64,000 bases of DNA from IMG/VR virus record IMGVR_UViG_3300046820_002141, positions 7,446-71,445 of that record. One strand, written 5' to 3'. Position 1 is the stretch's first letter, and each line of letters opens with the position of its first letter. Made by a program: the position numbers and the translations under genes. The notes under the pieces were generated by a model. That model had not been told where the DNA came from. It ran no database searches and saw only the letters and a list, made by a program, of their open reading frames with translations. Origin of the DNA: a virus. Below, one piece after another: positions 1 to 10,706 of the stretch.

Positions 1-183
1 ACCGCATATAAAGGAGAACAACCTTTACCTGGATGGAGGTTATTCAGAGTTGATAAAATTCTATCCTTTAAACCAACAAACGAAAAGTTTAATACTCCAA
101 GACCAAATTATAATACAAATGGAGATAAAAGTATGGTTAGGGTTATTGCTAATGCAAGATTCGATAACAGTGAATTTATATAG
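1..183 (+). CDS. partial CDS (C-terminus), WYL-like domain protein
   Basis: Frame 1 is open from the window edge to TAG at 181-183: ...PLPGWRLFRVDKILSF..., matching the WYL-type RxFRxDxI motif. Confidence 0.55.
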   Translation, partial: TAYKGEQPLPGWRLFRVDKILSFKPTNEKFNTPRPNYNTNGDKSMVRVIANARFDNSEFI

Positions 184-192
184 TAAATTAAT

Positions 193-777
193 ATGAATGA
201 AAATGATTTAATACAAAAGTTGATGGTTTCCAAAAAGATAATGGAAAAACACAACACAATGCCTCGTAGGTCAGACGCCATGCCTGATATTAATTCACCA
301 ATGGTGGAATCATACGAAGCACCTACCGCCAAATATAATTTACCACAAGATTTAGTACAAGAAAACAATTATCAATCAAAACCACAACAACCGGTTACCC
401 AAGATAAGATTTTATCATCTAAATTACCGGATGAAATTAAGAAATTAATGATTGAACATCCAATCGCGCAACCAAACAACATGAGCGGACCAACATTATC
501 CAATGATATTGTTGATAAAGCGGCTCGTCTAATGAGTTTGGGTTCAGATGGAAATGGATATCAAGGTAAAGGTTCAATTAAAGAGAATGTAAGTCAAAGA
601 CAAAATTTTAGTGATAACCAAAATCTTAGAAGTCTACTGAAAGAAGTTGTACAAGAAGTATTAACTGAAAATGGTATGATAACTGAATCTGTTTCAAAAA
701 CTAATGATGTATTTTCATTTAGAGTTGGGAAACATATATTCGAAGGAAAAGTCACGAAAGTGAAAAAAATACAGTAA
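193..777 (+). CDS. hypothetical protein
   Basis: 194-aa ORF; internal LRSLLKEVVQEVLTE amphipathic motif shared with other proteins in the window. Confidence 0.75.
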   Translation: MNENDLIQKLMVSKKIMEKHNTMPRRSDAMPDINSPMVESYEAPTAKYNLPQDLVQENNYQSKPQQPVTQDKILSSKLPDEIKKLMIEHPIAQPNNMSGPTLSNDIVDKAARLMSLGSDGNGYQGKGSIKENVSQRQNFSDNQNLRSLLKEVVQEVLTENGMITESVSKTNDVFSFRVGKHIFEGKVTKVKKIQ

Positions 778-782
778 TCTTT

Positions 783-810
783 AACCCTCACAAATGTGGG
801 GGTTTTTTAT
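783..810 (+). terminator. intrinsic terminator
   Basis: aaccctcac-aaat-gtgggggtt hairpin followed by a T-run. Confidence 0.75.
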
Positions 811-867
811 TCATCATAGTTGATAAAGTAAACTTTTGGTCGTATACTTTCATTATTATTTTTAATT

Positions 868-2088
868 ATGAAAGAAAAAATTAATGTTTTAGTTCTACCT
901 TCAGATAGAACAGGAGTTGGTAAATTTAGGTCTTTAGACCCCCACGTAATGTTACAAAATCTTTACCCTGATGATTTTCACGTAGATATTGATTATGAAC
1001 CAAGAGTAAATGATATTAATTATTGGAAAAAATACCAAATAGTTCACGCTCATAGAAGTATAGGTAATAACTACGATGTTGCACCTCAGTTAATCAGACA
1101 GATAAAATCATTGGGTATTATCGTAATAATCGATATTGATGATTATTGGTTACCAACAAAAGAACACCCCATACATCAACTTATACTTAATCATAAGTTA
1201 CATGAAAAGATAATTGCAAATTTGCGTGAAGCCGACTATGTGACAACAACAACTAAAATATTTGCAGATGAAATAAGTAAGGTTAATAAAAATGTTATTA
1301 TTTTTCCGAACGCTATAGACCCAACTGAACCTCAATTTAAACAACCAACATTAGAATCTGAAAGAATTAGAGTTGGCTGGTTAGGTGGGTCATCTCACCT
1401 TCACGATTTATTATTACTTGATGGTATGGTTGAAAGGAATGGAAAAGAAATTAATGACAAAGTTCAATACGTAATTTGTGGATTCGATACTCGTGGAACT
1501 ATGACAGAAATTAATCCAAAAACAGGTGAAGAAAAAAAGAGAGATATTTTACCTCACGAGACGGTATGGGTTAAATATGAAGAAATTTTTACAAATAAGT
1601 ATTCTATTGTCGGTGAAGAATATAAAAAATTCTTAATGGAGTTTAAAGATATTGAGTTCCCAAATGAGACTACTTTACCTTACCGTAGAGTTTGGACAAA
1701 ACCTGTAACTACATACGCTACTAACTATTCTAAATTGGATATTTCTTTAGCACCAATCAAAAACCATATCTTTAATAGAATGAAGTCTCAACTTAAGGTT
1801 ATTGAAGCAGGTTTTTATAAAAAGGCACTTATCGCTTCTGAGATTGGTCCATACACTATTGATTTAAAACATAGTTTAAAAAATGGTAATTTTGTTGACG
1901 GTAACGCCTTACTTGTTGACGAAAATAGAAATCACAGTGATTGGTCAAAGTACATTAAAAAACTCATTCAAAATCCAAATATGATTACTGATATGGGTGA
2001 ACGACTATATGAAACTGTAAAAGACACTTATGATTTGAGAAATGTTACAAAAAATAGAGCCGAGTGGTATAAAACTATTATAAAATAA
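868..2088 (+). CDS. GT-B fold glycosyltransferase (GT4-like)
   Basis: IDIDDYW, RVGWLGGSSHLHDL and DISLAP...FNRMKSQLKVIEAG motifs typical of phage GT-B enzymes. Confidence 0.8.
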   Translation: MKEKINVLVLPSDRTGVGKFRSLDPHVMLQNLYPDDFHVDIDYEPRVNDINYWKKYQIVHAHRSIGNNYDVAPQLIRQIKSLGIIVIIDIDDYWLPTKEHPIHQLILNHKLHEKIIANLREADYVTTTTKIFADEISKVNKNVIIFPNAIDPTEPQFKQPTLESERIRVGWLGGSSHLHDLLLLDGMVERNGKEINDKVQYVICGFDTRGTMTEINPKTGEEKKRDILPHETVWVKYEEIFTNKYSIVGEEYKKFLMEFKDIEFPNETTLPYRRVWTKPVTTYATNYSKLDISLAPIKNHIFNRMKSQLKVIEAGFYKKALIASEIGPYTIDLKHSLKNGNFVDGNALLVDENRNHSDWSKYIKKLIQNPNMITDMGERLYETVKDTYDLRNVTKNRAEWYKTIIK

Positions 2089-2091
2089 TTT

Positions 2092-2538
2092 ATGTCTAAT
2101 AAAAAAACTATAGGATTTACTGCAGGTAACTTTGATTTAATACATCCAGGATACATTTATTGTTTTGAGGAATCAAAAAAACATTGTGATTATTTAATTG
2201 TTTTTTTACAAGAAGACTCTTCTATTGATAGACCGTCCAAATATAAACCAGTGGTCCCTTTATTCGAGAGGTATAAAGTTTTGATGTCGGTAAAATATGT
2301 TGATGAAGTAGTGACATATACAGATGAGAATGATTTAATAAGGTTAATAGAATTCTATAAGCCAGATGTTAGATTTTTAGGTGATGACTACATAGGTAAA
2401 AGATTTACAGGAGACCATTTACCAATTAAAGTGGTCTACACCACAAGGTCTCATGGATGGTCGACTACATTGTTAAAGAATAAAATCACTATACAAACAA
2501 TAGAACAAAACCCAATAATCTTAAAAGATTTCAAATGA
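2092..2538 (+). CDS. cytidylyltransferase (TagD/RfaE-like, HIGH family)
   Basis: GNFDLIHPGY HxGH-like motif, GDDY, C-terminal STT motif. Confidence 0.85.
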   Translation: MSNKKTIGFTAGNFDLIHPGYIYCFEESKKHCDYLIVFLQEDSSIDRPSKYKPVVPLFERYKVLMSVKYVDEVVTYTDENDLIRLIEFYKPDVRFLGDDYIGKRFTGDHLPIKVVYTTRSHGWSTTLLKNKITIQTIEQNPIILKDFK

Positions 2539-3263
2539 TAAAAATACCTATAACCAAAATATTATTTATTGATATTGAAACTGTTGGTGGTTGTCCTGAT
2601 TTCACGACATGTCAGGCATTAAACCCAAAAGTAGCGGCTCAATTTATAAATTATTACGATTGGTTTTTAAAAAGATTTCCTGAGGATGATACCGCAGTGA
2701 GTAATACACAACAGGAGGAAAAAAAACGAGATAAAATATTTGCAAAAAGAGCCGCGTTAGTTCCAGAATTTGCAAAGATTGTTTGTGTTAGTGTAGCATT
2801 TGTTACTGATAAAGGTGAAACAAAAATGCAAACATTTTCAGGTGACGATGAATTAGAGTTACTAAAGGATGTTCAAAAATTATTGGACAGATGTGGTAAA
2901 TTAGATTTCTTTCTATGTGGACACAATCTCAAAAATTTTGACATACCTATGCTTGCAAAACGTATGATTATCAATGGTCTAATGCCTCCATATATTTTAC
3001 CTTCATATGACACCAAACCATGGGATATTAAAGCAATTGATACTAAGGAGATATGGCAGTACGGTGCATATAGTTCAATAGGGTCGTTAGATTTACTTTG
3101 TTCTTGTATGGATATACCAACATCAAAAGAAGGTGAAATAACAGGGGATATGGTCCATAATTCATATTGGATTGATAGAAAATTAAAAGAAATTAGTGAG
3201 TATTGTGAAAGAGATGTGCAGGTTTTGATTGATATAATAAAAAAATTAAAAGAATTAAAATGA
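2535..3263 (+). CDS. 3'-5' exonuclease (DnaQ/PolB-exonuclease-like)
   Basis: ExoI FIDIET, ExoII GHNLKNFDIP, ExoIII YCERDV. Confidence 0.85.
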   Translation: MIKIPITKILFIDIETVGGCPDFTTCQALNPKVAAQFINYYDWFLKRFPEDDTAVSNTQQEEKKRDKIFAKRAALVPEFAKIVCVSVAFVTDKGETKMQTFSGDDELELLKDVQKLLDRCGKLDFFLCGHNLKNFDIPMLAKRMIINGLMPPYILPSYDTKPWDIKAIDTKEIWQYGAYSSIGSLDLLCSCMDIPTSKEGEITGDMVHNSYWIDRKLKEISEYCERDVQVLIDIIKKLKELK

Positions 3264-3856
3264 TAGAAAATCCTAACTCATCCTTTAGTGACCAGCTTAA
3301 AGAATTAGAACAATATCTTTCAGATAATATGGAGGACTTTGATTTCAATGAACTAATAAAAGAGCACGGTATTGACATTACTGAGTTAAATGAACATTTT
3401 ACAAATTATTCTCCTCAAATGGATTTAGGTTATACAAAACTTAGAGACGGAGTAACTGAACCAAAGTATAATTACCCATCAGATTCTGGTTTTGATTTAC
3501 ATTCAACCGAAGATTTAACAATACCCCCATTTGGTAGAATATTAGTTCCAACAGGTTTATCATTTGACATAAAAGATGGTTATGAAATTCAAGTTAGGTC
3601 AAAAAGTGGTTTAGCTATTAAACAAGGTTTAATGGTCCTTAACTCACCGGGTACTGTTGATAACGGTTATACAGGTGAAGTTCAAGTGATAGTTTTTAAT
3701 ACAAACAATCATGAGGTTCAAATACCAAAGGGTATGAAAGTAGGTCAAGCGGTATTATGTCCGGTTGTTAATGGTAAATGGGTTAATTTAATAAATAAAC
3801 AAATTGTTTCTCAAAAAGATAGGGGGGACAATGGATTTGGAAGTACAGGGATATAA
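3260..3856 (+). CDS. dut: dUTPase (trimeric)
   Basis: SGFDL, RSKSGLA, GTVDNGYTGE and RGDNGFGSTG motifs. Confidence 0.95.
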   Translation: MIENPNSSFSDQLKELEQYLSDNMEDFDFNELIKEHGIDITELNEHFTNYSPQMDLGYTKLRDGVTEPKYNYPSDSGFDLHSTEDLTIPPFGRILVPTGLSFDIKDGYEIQVRSKSGLAIKQGLMVLNSPGTVDNGYTGEVQVIVFNTNNHEVQIPKGMKVGQAVLCPVVNGKWVNLINKQIVSQKDRGDNGFGSTGI

Positions 3857-3857
3857 T

Positions 3858-4403
3858 ATGGAACATTTTTATGAAAAAATTAAAGGATGGTCAAGTGAAA
3901 CGGACCAAGGAGCTCTTCTTAAAAAAATTTTAGAAATATTAAATAAAGAAGAAATAGTAATTGCAGAGATAGGAGTTTATATGGGTCGTTGTACGGCCAT
4001 GTGGAATGTTGAATTAATTAATCAAAATATAAAATATAAGTACTACGCAATAGACCACTTTGAGGGTTCTTCTGAACATAATAAGAATATTGACTATTAT
4101 GGGGAGACTAAAAAAAATATAGAAATAATTAAGGAAAACGTTAATTTAATTAAGAATGATTCATTGTCTGAATCTAAAAATTACCCTGATGGATTTTTTG
4201 ACGTTGTTTACATAGACGCATCTCATGATTATGAAAGTGTTAAAAAAGATATAGAGACATGGTATTCTAAAGTTAAATCAGGTGGAATAATTTGTGGTGA
4301 TGATTATACTGACGGATGGCCTGGAGTTAAAAAGGCCGTAAATGAAGTTTTTAAAAATAAAATAACCATTGTAGGACGCCAACAGTGGATGATTAAAAAA
4401 TAA
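3858..4403 (+). CDS. class I SAM-dependent methyltransferase (Methyltransf_24-like)
   Basis: EIGVYMG, YIDASHDY, GGIICGDDY; ATG at 3858 preferred over the overlapping upstream start. Confidence 0.85.
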   Translation: MEHFYEKIKGWSSETDQGALLKKILEILNKEEIVIAEIGVYMGRCTAMWNVELINQNIKYKYYAIDHFEGSSEHNKNIDYYGETKKNIEIIKENVNLIKNDSLSESKNYPDGFFDVVYIDASHDYESVKKDIETWYSKVKSGGIICGDDYTDGWPGVKKAVNEVFKNKITIVGRQQWMIKK

Positions 4404-4408
4404 TTTTT

Positions 4409-5002
4409 ATGATACAAAAAATAATTGAGGTTAGTAATGATATTTTAAATTCTATTGATTTATCTGAATATAAAAATAGACGAAATGAAAATAAATTACC
4501 GGAACATTGGTTTTTTATGGAATCCGGCAAGGAACACTACCGACTCCTTTGTTATATTTCAACATTATATAATGATATAACGTTTATTGATATTGGAACA
4601 TGGGTTGGTAGTTCTGCATTGGCGTTAGGGTTTAATAAAAATAATAAAGTGATTTCTTTTGACATAGTTAGACAAAAAAGAGACACCCAAGGAATAATGG
4701 TGGATGTTGATGGTGTAATAAAAGATGACAATATAAAATTTGAAATAGGAAATGTTTTAGAATATAATAAAGAAATTATATTGAGTTCTCCATTTATGAT
4801 GTTAGACACAAAGCATGATGGTGTTTTTGAAAAGGAGTTCTATGATTTTTTAATTAGTGAAAAGTATAAAGGTATTGTACTATTTGATGATATTCATTTA
4901 AACACACATATGAAAAATTTTTGGTCGAACATAGAACTTGAAAAATACGACATAACAAATATTGGACACTGGTCTGGTACTGGCGTTGTTGTTTTTAAAT
5001 AA
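4409..5002 (+). CDS. putative class I SAM-dependent methyltransferase
   Basis: DIGTWVGSSA, LDTKHDG and LFDDIH motifs. Confidence 0.7.
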   Translation: MIQKIIEVSNDILNSIDLSEYKNRRNENKLPEHWFFMESGKEHYRLLCYISTLYNDITFIDIGTWVGSSALALGFNKNNKVISFDIVRQKRDTQGIMVDVDGVIKDDNIKFEIGNVLEYNKEIILSSPFMMLDTKHDGVFEKEFYDFLISEKYKGIVLFDDIHLNTHMKNFWSNIELEKYDITNIGHWSGTGVVVFK

Positions 5003-5008
5003 GAAATT

Positions 5009-5722
5009 ATGAAAGTCGCTTTAGTCTGTATTGCAAAAAATGAAGATAACTATATCCAAGAATGGATTGATTATAATTTAAAATTAGGTTTTGATAATAT
5101 TTTTATTTATCAAAATGATTGGAGAACCTCCATTGAGCATCCAAATGTCACTAAGTTTGAAGTTGACGGAATCAATAAACAAAGGGAGTGTTATAGACAT
5201 TTTATTCAAAATTATAATTCAGAGTATCATTGGGCGGCTTTTTTTGATGTGGATGAATTTTTAGTTCTTAAAAAACATAAAAACATTAAGGACTTTATTA
5301 ATGATTATAAAGATTACAAGGGTATAGGTGTAAATTGGGTATTATTTGGTAATAATGGTAAAACAAAAGTTGATGGCGAATACAGTTTAATTAAAAGATT
5401 CACTAAAAGACAATGGTCAATAAATGAACATGTTAAATCAATTGTAAAATTACTACCTAATTTAGTAATGGATATTCACAATCCTAATTTTGAAATTGTG
5501 GATACTAATAAAAAAGTTTTTAGAGGCCCGTTTAATCCAAATGGTTGGAATGATGTCGCACAAATAAACCATTATTTTTGCAAAACACAAGAAGAGTTTC
5601 AAGAAAAATGTGATAGGGGTAGAGCAGATTCACCAGTCTATAGAAGAACTATGGATGAATTTGAATCACATAATTTCAACGATATTGAAGACTTAACAGC
5701 ATACGATTTTTTATACAAATAA
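5009..5722 (+). CDS. glycosyltransferase GT-A (GT2/GT92-like)
   Basis: CIAKNEDNYIQEWIDY, FFDVDEF DxD motif, QINHYFCK. Confidence 0.85.
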   Translation: MKVALVCIAKNEDNYIQEWIDYNLKLGFDNIFIYQNDWRTSIEHPNVTKFEVDGINKQRECYRHFIQNYNSEYHWAAFFDVDEFLVLKKHKNIKDFINDYKDYKGIGVNWVLFGNNGKTKVDGEYSLIKRFTKRQWSINEHVKSIVKLLPNLVMDIHNPNFEIVDTNKKVFRGPFNPNGWNDVAQINHYFCKTQEEFQEKCDRGRADSPVYRRTMDEFESHNFNDIEDLTAYDFLYK

Positions 5723-5723
5723 T

Positions 5724-7232
5724 ATGATAACTATTATATATTCAACACATAAGGATTCTGATTATAATTCTAAATTTAAACAACATTTGTTACAAAATGT
5801 CGGATTAAATGATGTTCAAATATTGGAATACCAAAATAATAATGAATATTCACTTGCTCAAGTTTATAATAGTGGTATTACAGAATCCATTTATGATATC
5901 GTTGTTTGTTGTCATAACGATATAAAATTAGAAAAAGGTTGGGGTAAAAAACTTATTAAGGATTTTGAAGACAACCCTAACTATGGTATTATAGGTAAAG
6001 CAGGTTCTTGTTATTTTCCTGAGAGTGGAGTTTATTGGGAAAAATTACAACAAACAATGGTTGGTCAAGTTTACCACCATCCGAATGGTCAAAATAAATG
6101 GTTAAACACATATAGTCCTAAATTACCATTTTTAGTTCCTGTTGTTACTATTGATGGATTATTTATATCATTTGATAAAACAAAAATTAAACACACATTT
6201 GATGAGACTATTGGAAAATTTCACTTTTATGACCATCCATTTTGTTTAAGTAATTATTTGGATGGGGTTAAAATAGGAGTAACGTCATCTTTTGAAATAA
6301 CCCATCAATCTGTAGGAAAACCAAACCAAGAATTTTTTGAGTCTAAAGAAGTGTTTCTTAAAAAATATAAAGAGAATTTACCTTTAGATTTGAAACCCGA
6401 AAAAGTTTACGTACCTAATATACAATTAAAAAAAATTAAAAAACCGTATAAGGTTTCAATAGTTATACCCACTAAAAATAAATTTGAATTACTTAGAGAT
6501 TGTATAGAGTCTTTTTATGAATTTTGTGATAACTCTTTATTTGAAATAATAGTTGCTGACACCGGCTCTGATGAAAATGAAAAATTATTAATTAAAGAAT
6601 TTTTGTCAAAATACGATAACACTAAAATAGTTGAGTATAACTATTATAATTTTTCAAAAATAAATAATGATATTGTAAAAAATCATGTAGGTAAAGATGT
6701 TGATTTATTACTTTTTTGTAATAATGACATTAAAATTTTGAACAATGTTATTCATTATATGATTAATGTTTTTGAGGATATTCCGGTTACCGGTACTGTG
6801 GGAGCCAGACTACATTTTAAAGATAACACAATCCAACATGACGGTATTTTAAGTTATTACTTGGAAAGTAAAAATTATTTAGGAGTCACTCATATGAATT
6901 TAAATAACTATTACAATTACCAAATGGGGGTTAGAGAAGTTATTGGTAATACTGCGGCGTTAATGATGATTAGAAAAAATGTATTTATTAAGTGTGGAAT
7001 GTTTAATGAAAATTATACAGAATGTTTAGAAGATGTTGAACTTAATTTAAAATGTATTACATTAGGTTATAAGAATTATATATCAAATGCGGTATCCTAC
7101 CATTATGAATCTCAAACGAGAAATGAAGACCCTAAAAGGGTTGAGAGATTTAATAATGATTATAAAAATTTACTAGGTCCATTTATGATTAAAAATTTAC
7201 AAAAATTGACTAAGTATATAAGAACGGTTTAA
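5724..7232 (+). CDS. two-domain glycosyltransferase (GT2-like + GT2)
   Basis: N-half CCHND...IDGLF...FHFYD; C-half SIVIPTKN...VADTGS...FCNND...EDVELNL. Confidence 0.85.
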   Translation: MITIIYSTHKDSDYNSKFKQHLLQNVGLNDVQILEYQNNNEYSLAQVYNSGITESIYDIVVCCHNDIKLEKGWGKKLIKDFEDNPNYGIIGKAGSCYFPESGVYWEKLQQTMVGQVYHHPNGQNKWLNTYSPKLPFLVPVVTIDGLFISFDKTKIKHTFDETIGKFHFYDHPFCLSNYLDGVKIGVTSSFEITHQSVGKPNQEFFESKEVFLKKYKENLPLDLKPEKVYVPNIQLKKIKKPYKVSIVIPTKNKFELLRDCIESFYEFCDNSLFEIIVADTGSDENEKLLIKEFLSKYDNTKIVEYNYYNFSKINNDIVKNHVGKDVDLLLFCNNDIKILNNVIHYMINVFEDIPVTGTVGARLHFKDNTIQHDGILSYYLESKNYLGVTHMNLNNYYNYQMGVREVIGNTAALMMIRKNVFIKCGMFNENYTECLEDVELNLKCITLGYKNYISNAVSYHYESQTRNEDPKRVERFNNDYKNLLGPFMIKNLQKLTKYIRTV

Positions 7233-7245
7233 TTAAAATTAATAT

Positions 7246-7968
7246 ATGACAAGAAAGAAACCTATGTCTTCTCAGGAAGAACATAAAAAAAATGTAAGTA
7301 GAAAAGACCAAATTACAGAAATAATAAAGAAAAAATCAAAAGAGAAATTTTTATCTGATAATCAAAAAAAATATTACGATTTATTAGTTAACAATCAAAT
7401 AACTATCTGTTCAGGTCCGGCAGGTGTTGGTAAAAGTTACATAGCCATGAAAGCTGCTTTAGATTTATTATCAGACCCATTGACACCTTATGAAAAAATT
7501 ATAATTGTAAGACCGGCTGTTGAAGCGGAAGAAAAGTTAGGTTCTTTACCAGGTAATGTTGAGGAAAAATTAGACCCTTATATTTTTCCATCCTACTATT
7601 TGATGAATAAAATAATTGGTAAAGAAGCTCGTGAAAAATTAAAACAAATTGATGTTATAGAGGTGTTCGCACTGGCATACATGAGAGGAATGAATATTGA
7701 CAATTCAATTTTAATATTTGAAGAAGCCCAAAATTCTACTCCAAATCAAATGAAACTTTTATTGACAAGAATAGGATTCAACAGTAAATTCTTTATATCA
7801 GGAGATTTAGAACAAACTGATAGATACAAAGATAAAAGACATTCAGGTCTTTGGGATGCCATTGAGAAATTCAAAGACATTGATGATGTTGGTGTTTTTG
7901 AATTTGATAATAAGGACGTTGTTAGAAATCCACTTATTAGTAAAATACTTAAAAAGTACGAATCATGA
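7246..7968 (+). CDS. phoH: PhoH-family ATPase
   Basis: GPAGVGKS Walker A, LGSLPG, YMRG, EEAQN, GDLEQTD, VVRNPL. Confidence 0.95.
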   Translation: MTRKKPMSSQEEHKKNVSRKDQITEIIKKKSKEKFLSDNQKKYYDLLVNNQITICSGPAGVGKSYIAMKAALDLLSDPLTPYEKIIIVRPAVEAEEKLGSLPGNVEEKLDPYIFPSYYLMNKIIGKEAREKLKQIDVIEVFALAYMRGMNIDNSILIFEEAQNSTPNQMKLLLTRIGFNSKFFISGDLEQTDRYKDKRHSGLWDAIEKFKDIDDVGVFEFDNKDVVRNPLISKILKKYES

Positions 7969-8579
7969 GAATAGGAATTGAGGTTAATGGTGTTCTAAGA
8001 AATACTTTAGGTAAATTGGAACAAACTTATCAAAAATATTTAATTGATAAGACTGAGGGTATTGAGTACGAGGACAATTTTAAATATGAAATTACTCATC
8101 CCATTGAAAATATAGAAGTAAAAAAACATTTCTCATTTAGGGATGATAATGAAATGTATTCTTTTTTGTATGAAGAATTTCCTATGGAAATTTTCGGTCA
8201 CTCTCAGTCATCTGAGTATTCAACTTTCAATTATCTAAATGAGATTTACACTAATTTAAGAGATGAACACGAATTATTAATAGTGTCCGACGAAATTGGT
8301 AAATCAAAACCCGCAACCTTATTTTTCTTATCTAAATTTGGATGTTTAGTTGAAAAAATTAAATTTTACAGTAATATTACTATTAACTCAATGTGGGATG
8401 AAGTGGATATTTTACTTACCTCCAACCCATCCTTATTATTAGAGCATCCGTATGATAAAAAAATTATAAAATTCGAAACAGAATATAATAAAAATGTCGA
8501 ATCTTTTCATGTGATAAACACATTAAGAGATTTCGAAGAAAAATTAAAACAGATTGAAAATGTTAAAAGTATTGAATGA
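7965..8579 (+). CDS. degenerate HAD-like 5'(3')-nucleotidase family protein
   Basis: N-terminal RIGIEVNGVLRN resembles the HAD DxDGV motif with both Asp positions substituted. Confidence 0.5.
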   Translation: MRIGIEVNGVLRNTLGKLEQTYQKYLIDKTEGIEYEDNFKYEITHPIENIEVKKHFSFRDDNEMYSFLYEEFPMEIFGHSQSSEYSTFNYLNEIYTNLRDEHELLIVSDEIGKSKPATLFFLSKFGCLVEKIKFYSNITINSMWDEVDILLTSNPSLLLEHPYDKKIIKFETEYNKNVESFHVINTLRDFEEKLKQIENVKSIE

Positions 8580-8820
8580 AAACTATTATTTGGATTTGGA
8601 TGAAATAGACACCTATATCAGTATACCAAATACTACCGGAGTCACCGAAAACCATATCAGTGTGGTAAGATATGAAATGGTAAAATTAATGACTGAAATT
8701 TTACTTACTGAAAAAGATGAGGTTGATGAAACGTTAGGTCCAAAAAGTTCTGACTTATCAATACCTTTTAAATTGTCATTTAATACTTTATTGAATAAAA
8801 AATTATTAAACAAATATTAA
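8560..8820 (+). CDS. hypothetical protein
   Basis: ORF tightly packed between neighbours. Confidence 0.7.
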   Translation: MLKVLNENYYLDLDEIDTYISIPNTTGVTENHISVVRYEMVKLMTEILLTEKDEVDETLGPKSSDLSIPFKLSFNTLLNKKLLNKY

Positions 8821-8821
8821 T

Positions 8822-9883
8822 ATGAACCAAGAACAAATTTCCAAATTAGAAAATTCAATAAATAAATTAAAAGATAAAAAATCTAGAATTTATTTTATTG
8901 TTCAGGATACTAGAGGTAATGCCAAGGCCTCAGTTTCGTTTATTTACAAAATGGCAATGACTCTTTTGAACAATGGTTTTAATCCTATTATTCTTCACGA
9001 AAAAACAGACTACACTGGAGTTGGTAGTTGGATGGGAGTTGAATATGATGAAAAAATACCTCACAGGTCCATTGAGGGTCAAAACTTAGAGGTTTCTCCT
9101 GAGGATTTTATAGTGGTTCCAGAATTGTTCGGATTTGTAATGAGTCAGGTAACAAAATTACCGTGTGGTAAAATTGTACTTTGTCAAGCTTATGACCATA
9201 TTTTAGAAACATTACAACCCGGCGAGAACTGGAATCAACTTGGGTTTTTTAAGTGTATTACAACCTCTGAGACACAAAAAGAACATTTAGAAAGTATTAT
9301 GAGAAATATATCTTATGATATATTAACACCATATATTTCAGACATTTTTGAAAAACAAAAATATCCGCCAAAACCAATAATTGCAATACATGCGAGAGAC
9401 CAAAGAGATTCTATAAATTTAATTAAAAACTTTTATGTTAAGTTTCCTCAATATAGATGGGTTACATTTAAAGATATGAGAGGATTAAGTGAAAAAGAAT
9501 TTGCAAGTGCATTTAAGGATTGTTTTTTATCAGTTTGGATTGATGAAACAAGTGGTTATGGAACATTCCCATTAGAATCTATGAAATGTGGTATACCTGT
9601 TTTAGGTTTAACACCTAATTTAGTACCTAGTTGGATGAATTCAGATAACGGATTGTGGGTAAATAATAAAATACAATTAGTTGACTATGTTGCCGACTTT
9701 CTACAGAACTGGCTTGAGGATAATATTAACGATTCTTTAATTGAATTTATGGATAAGACAGTTAGTGAATTAAATAGTAAAGAATCATTTGAACAAAATG
9801 TAATTTCTTTATTCGATGGATATCTAAACACAAGATTAAATTCATTTGAAGAACAATTAAATAAATTAGAAACAATTGAATAA
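8822..9883 (+). CDS. GT-B fold glycosyltransferase-like protein
   Basis: DFIVVPE; C-terminal SGYGTFPLESMKCGIPVLG (GT4-type acceptor motif). Confidence 0.75.
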   Translation: MNQEQISKLENSINKLKDKKSRIYFIVQDTRGNAKASVSFIYKMAMTLLNNGFNPIILHEKTDYTGVGSWMGVEYDEKIPHRSIEGQNLEVSPEDFIVVPELFGFVMSQVTKLPCGKIVLCQAYDHILETLQPGENWNQLGFFKCITTSETQKEHLESIMRNISYDILTPYISDIFEKQKYPPKPIIAIHARDQRDSINLIKNFYVKFPQYRWVTFKDMRGLSEKEFASAFKDCFLSVWIDETSGYGTFPLESMKCGIPVLGLTPNLVPSWMNSDNGLWVNNKIQLVDYVADFLQNWLEDNINDSLIEFMDKTVSELNSKESFEQNVISLFDGYLNTRLNSFEEQLNKLETIE

Positions 9884-9887
9884 CAAA

Positions 9888-10706
9888 ATGGAAAATATTA
9901 CAAAAGAAAAATTTGACGTATCAATAATCTTACCTTTAAAGTCTTCTTCAGCCTTTTCTTTCGAAGAATATTTTAACAAATGTATTGAATCTATAAAAAA
10001 TCAAAAAGTGGGTGTCAATGAATTAATAATTGTACATACAAACCAAACCAGTTTGGTTGAGTTTTTAGACAAATATGATTTCTCAGGAATTAATGTTGTT
10101 AAGCATTCTTGGGATGGTGAGGGTAATTATGCTAGCCAAGTTAACGTTGGTGTAAGACTTGCAAAATCTAAATGGGTTTCATTGTTTGAATTTGATGATG
10201 AATACTCTTCTATTTGGTTAAAAAATGTAAAAAAATATACTGAGATATACGATTCGGTTGATGCTTTTCTACCTATAGTTGTCGATACCGATGACAAAGG
10301 ATTATTTGCCGGATTCACTAATGAGGCCACTTTCGCACTTAATATGTCGTCTGAAATTGGTTATTTAACTAATGAGACATTACAACAATTCCAAAATTTC
10401 CAAATTTCAGGAATGGTAATTAAAAAAGATTCATTTATAGATTATGGTTTGATTAAACCATCTTTTAAATTAACTTTTGGTTATGAATTTTTATTAAGAT
10501 TAACATATAATTCTGTAAAAATTATGACCATACCTAAAATAGGTTATAAACATACAAATTTGAGAACCGGTTCTATATTTTGGAATTACAAAAACGGTGA
10601 GGACAGATTAATTGATGATGAGGTTAGATTTTGGATAGAGTCCGCAAAAAAAGAATACTTTTTTATTAATGATAGAGCCATAAAATATGAACCAACTGAA
10701 CCTTGA
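9888..10706 (+). CDS. GT2-like glycosyltransferase
   Basis: VSIILP, CIESIKNQ, N.GV..AKSKWV.LFEFDD. Confidence 0.75.
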   Translation: MENITKEKFDVSIILPLKSSSAFSFEEYFNKCIESIKNQKVGVNELIIVHTNQTSLVEFLDKYDFSGINVVKHSWDGEGNYASQVNVGVRLAKSKWVSLFEFDDEYSSIWLKNVKKYTEIYDSVDAFLPIVVDTDDKGLFAGFTNEATFALNMSSEIGYLTNETLQQFQNFQISGMVIKKDSFIDYGLIKPSFKLTFGYEFLLRLTYNSVKIMTIPKIGYKHTNLRTGSIFWNYKNGEDRLIDDEVRFWIESAKKEYFFINDRAIKYEPTEP

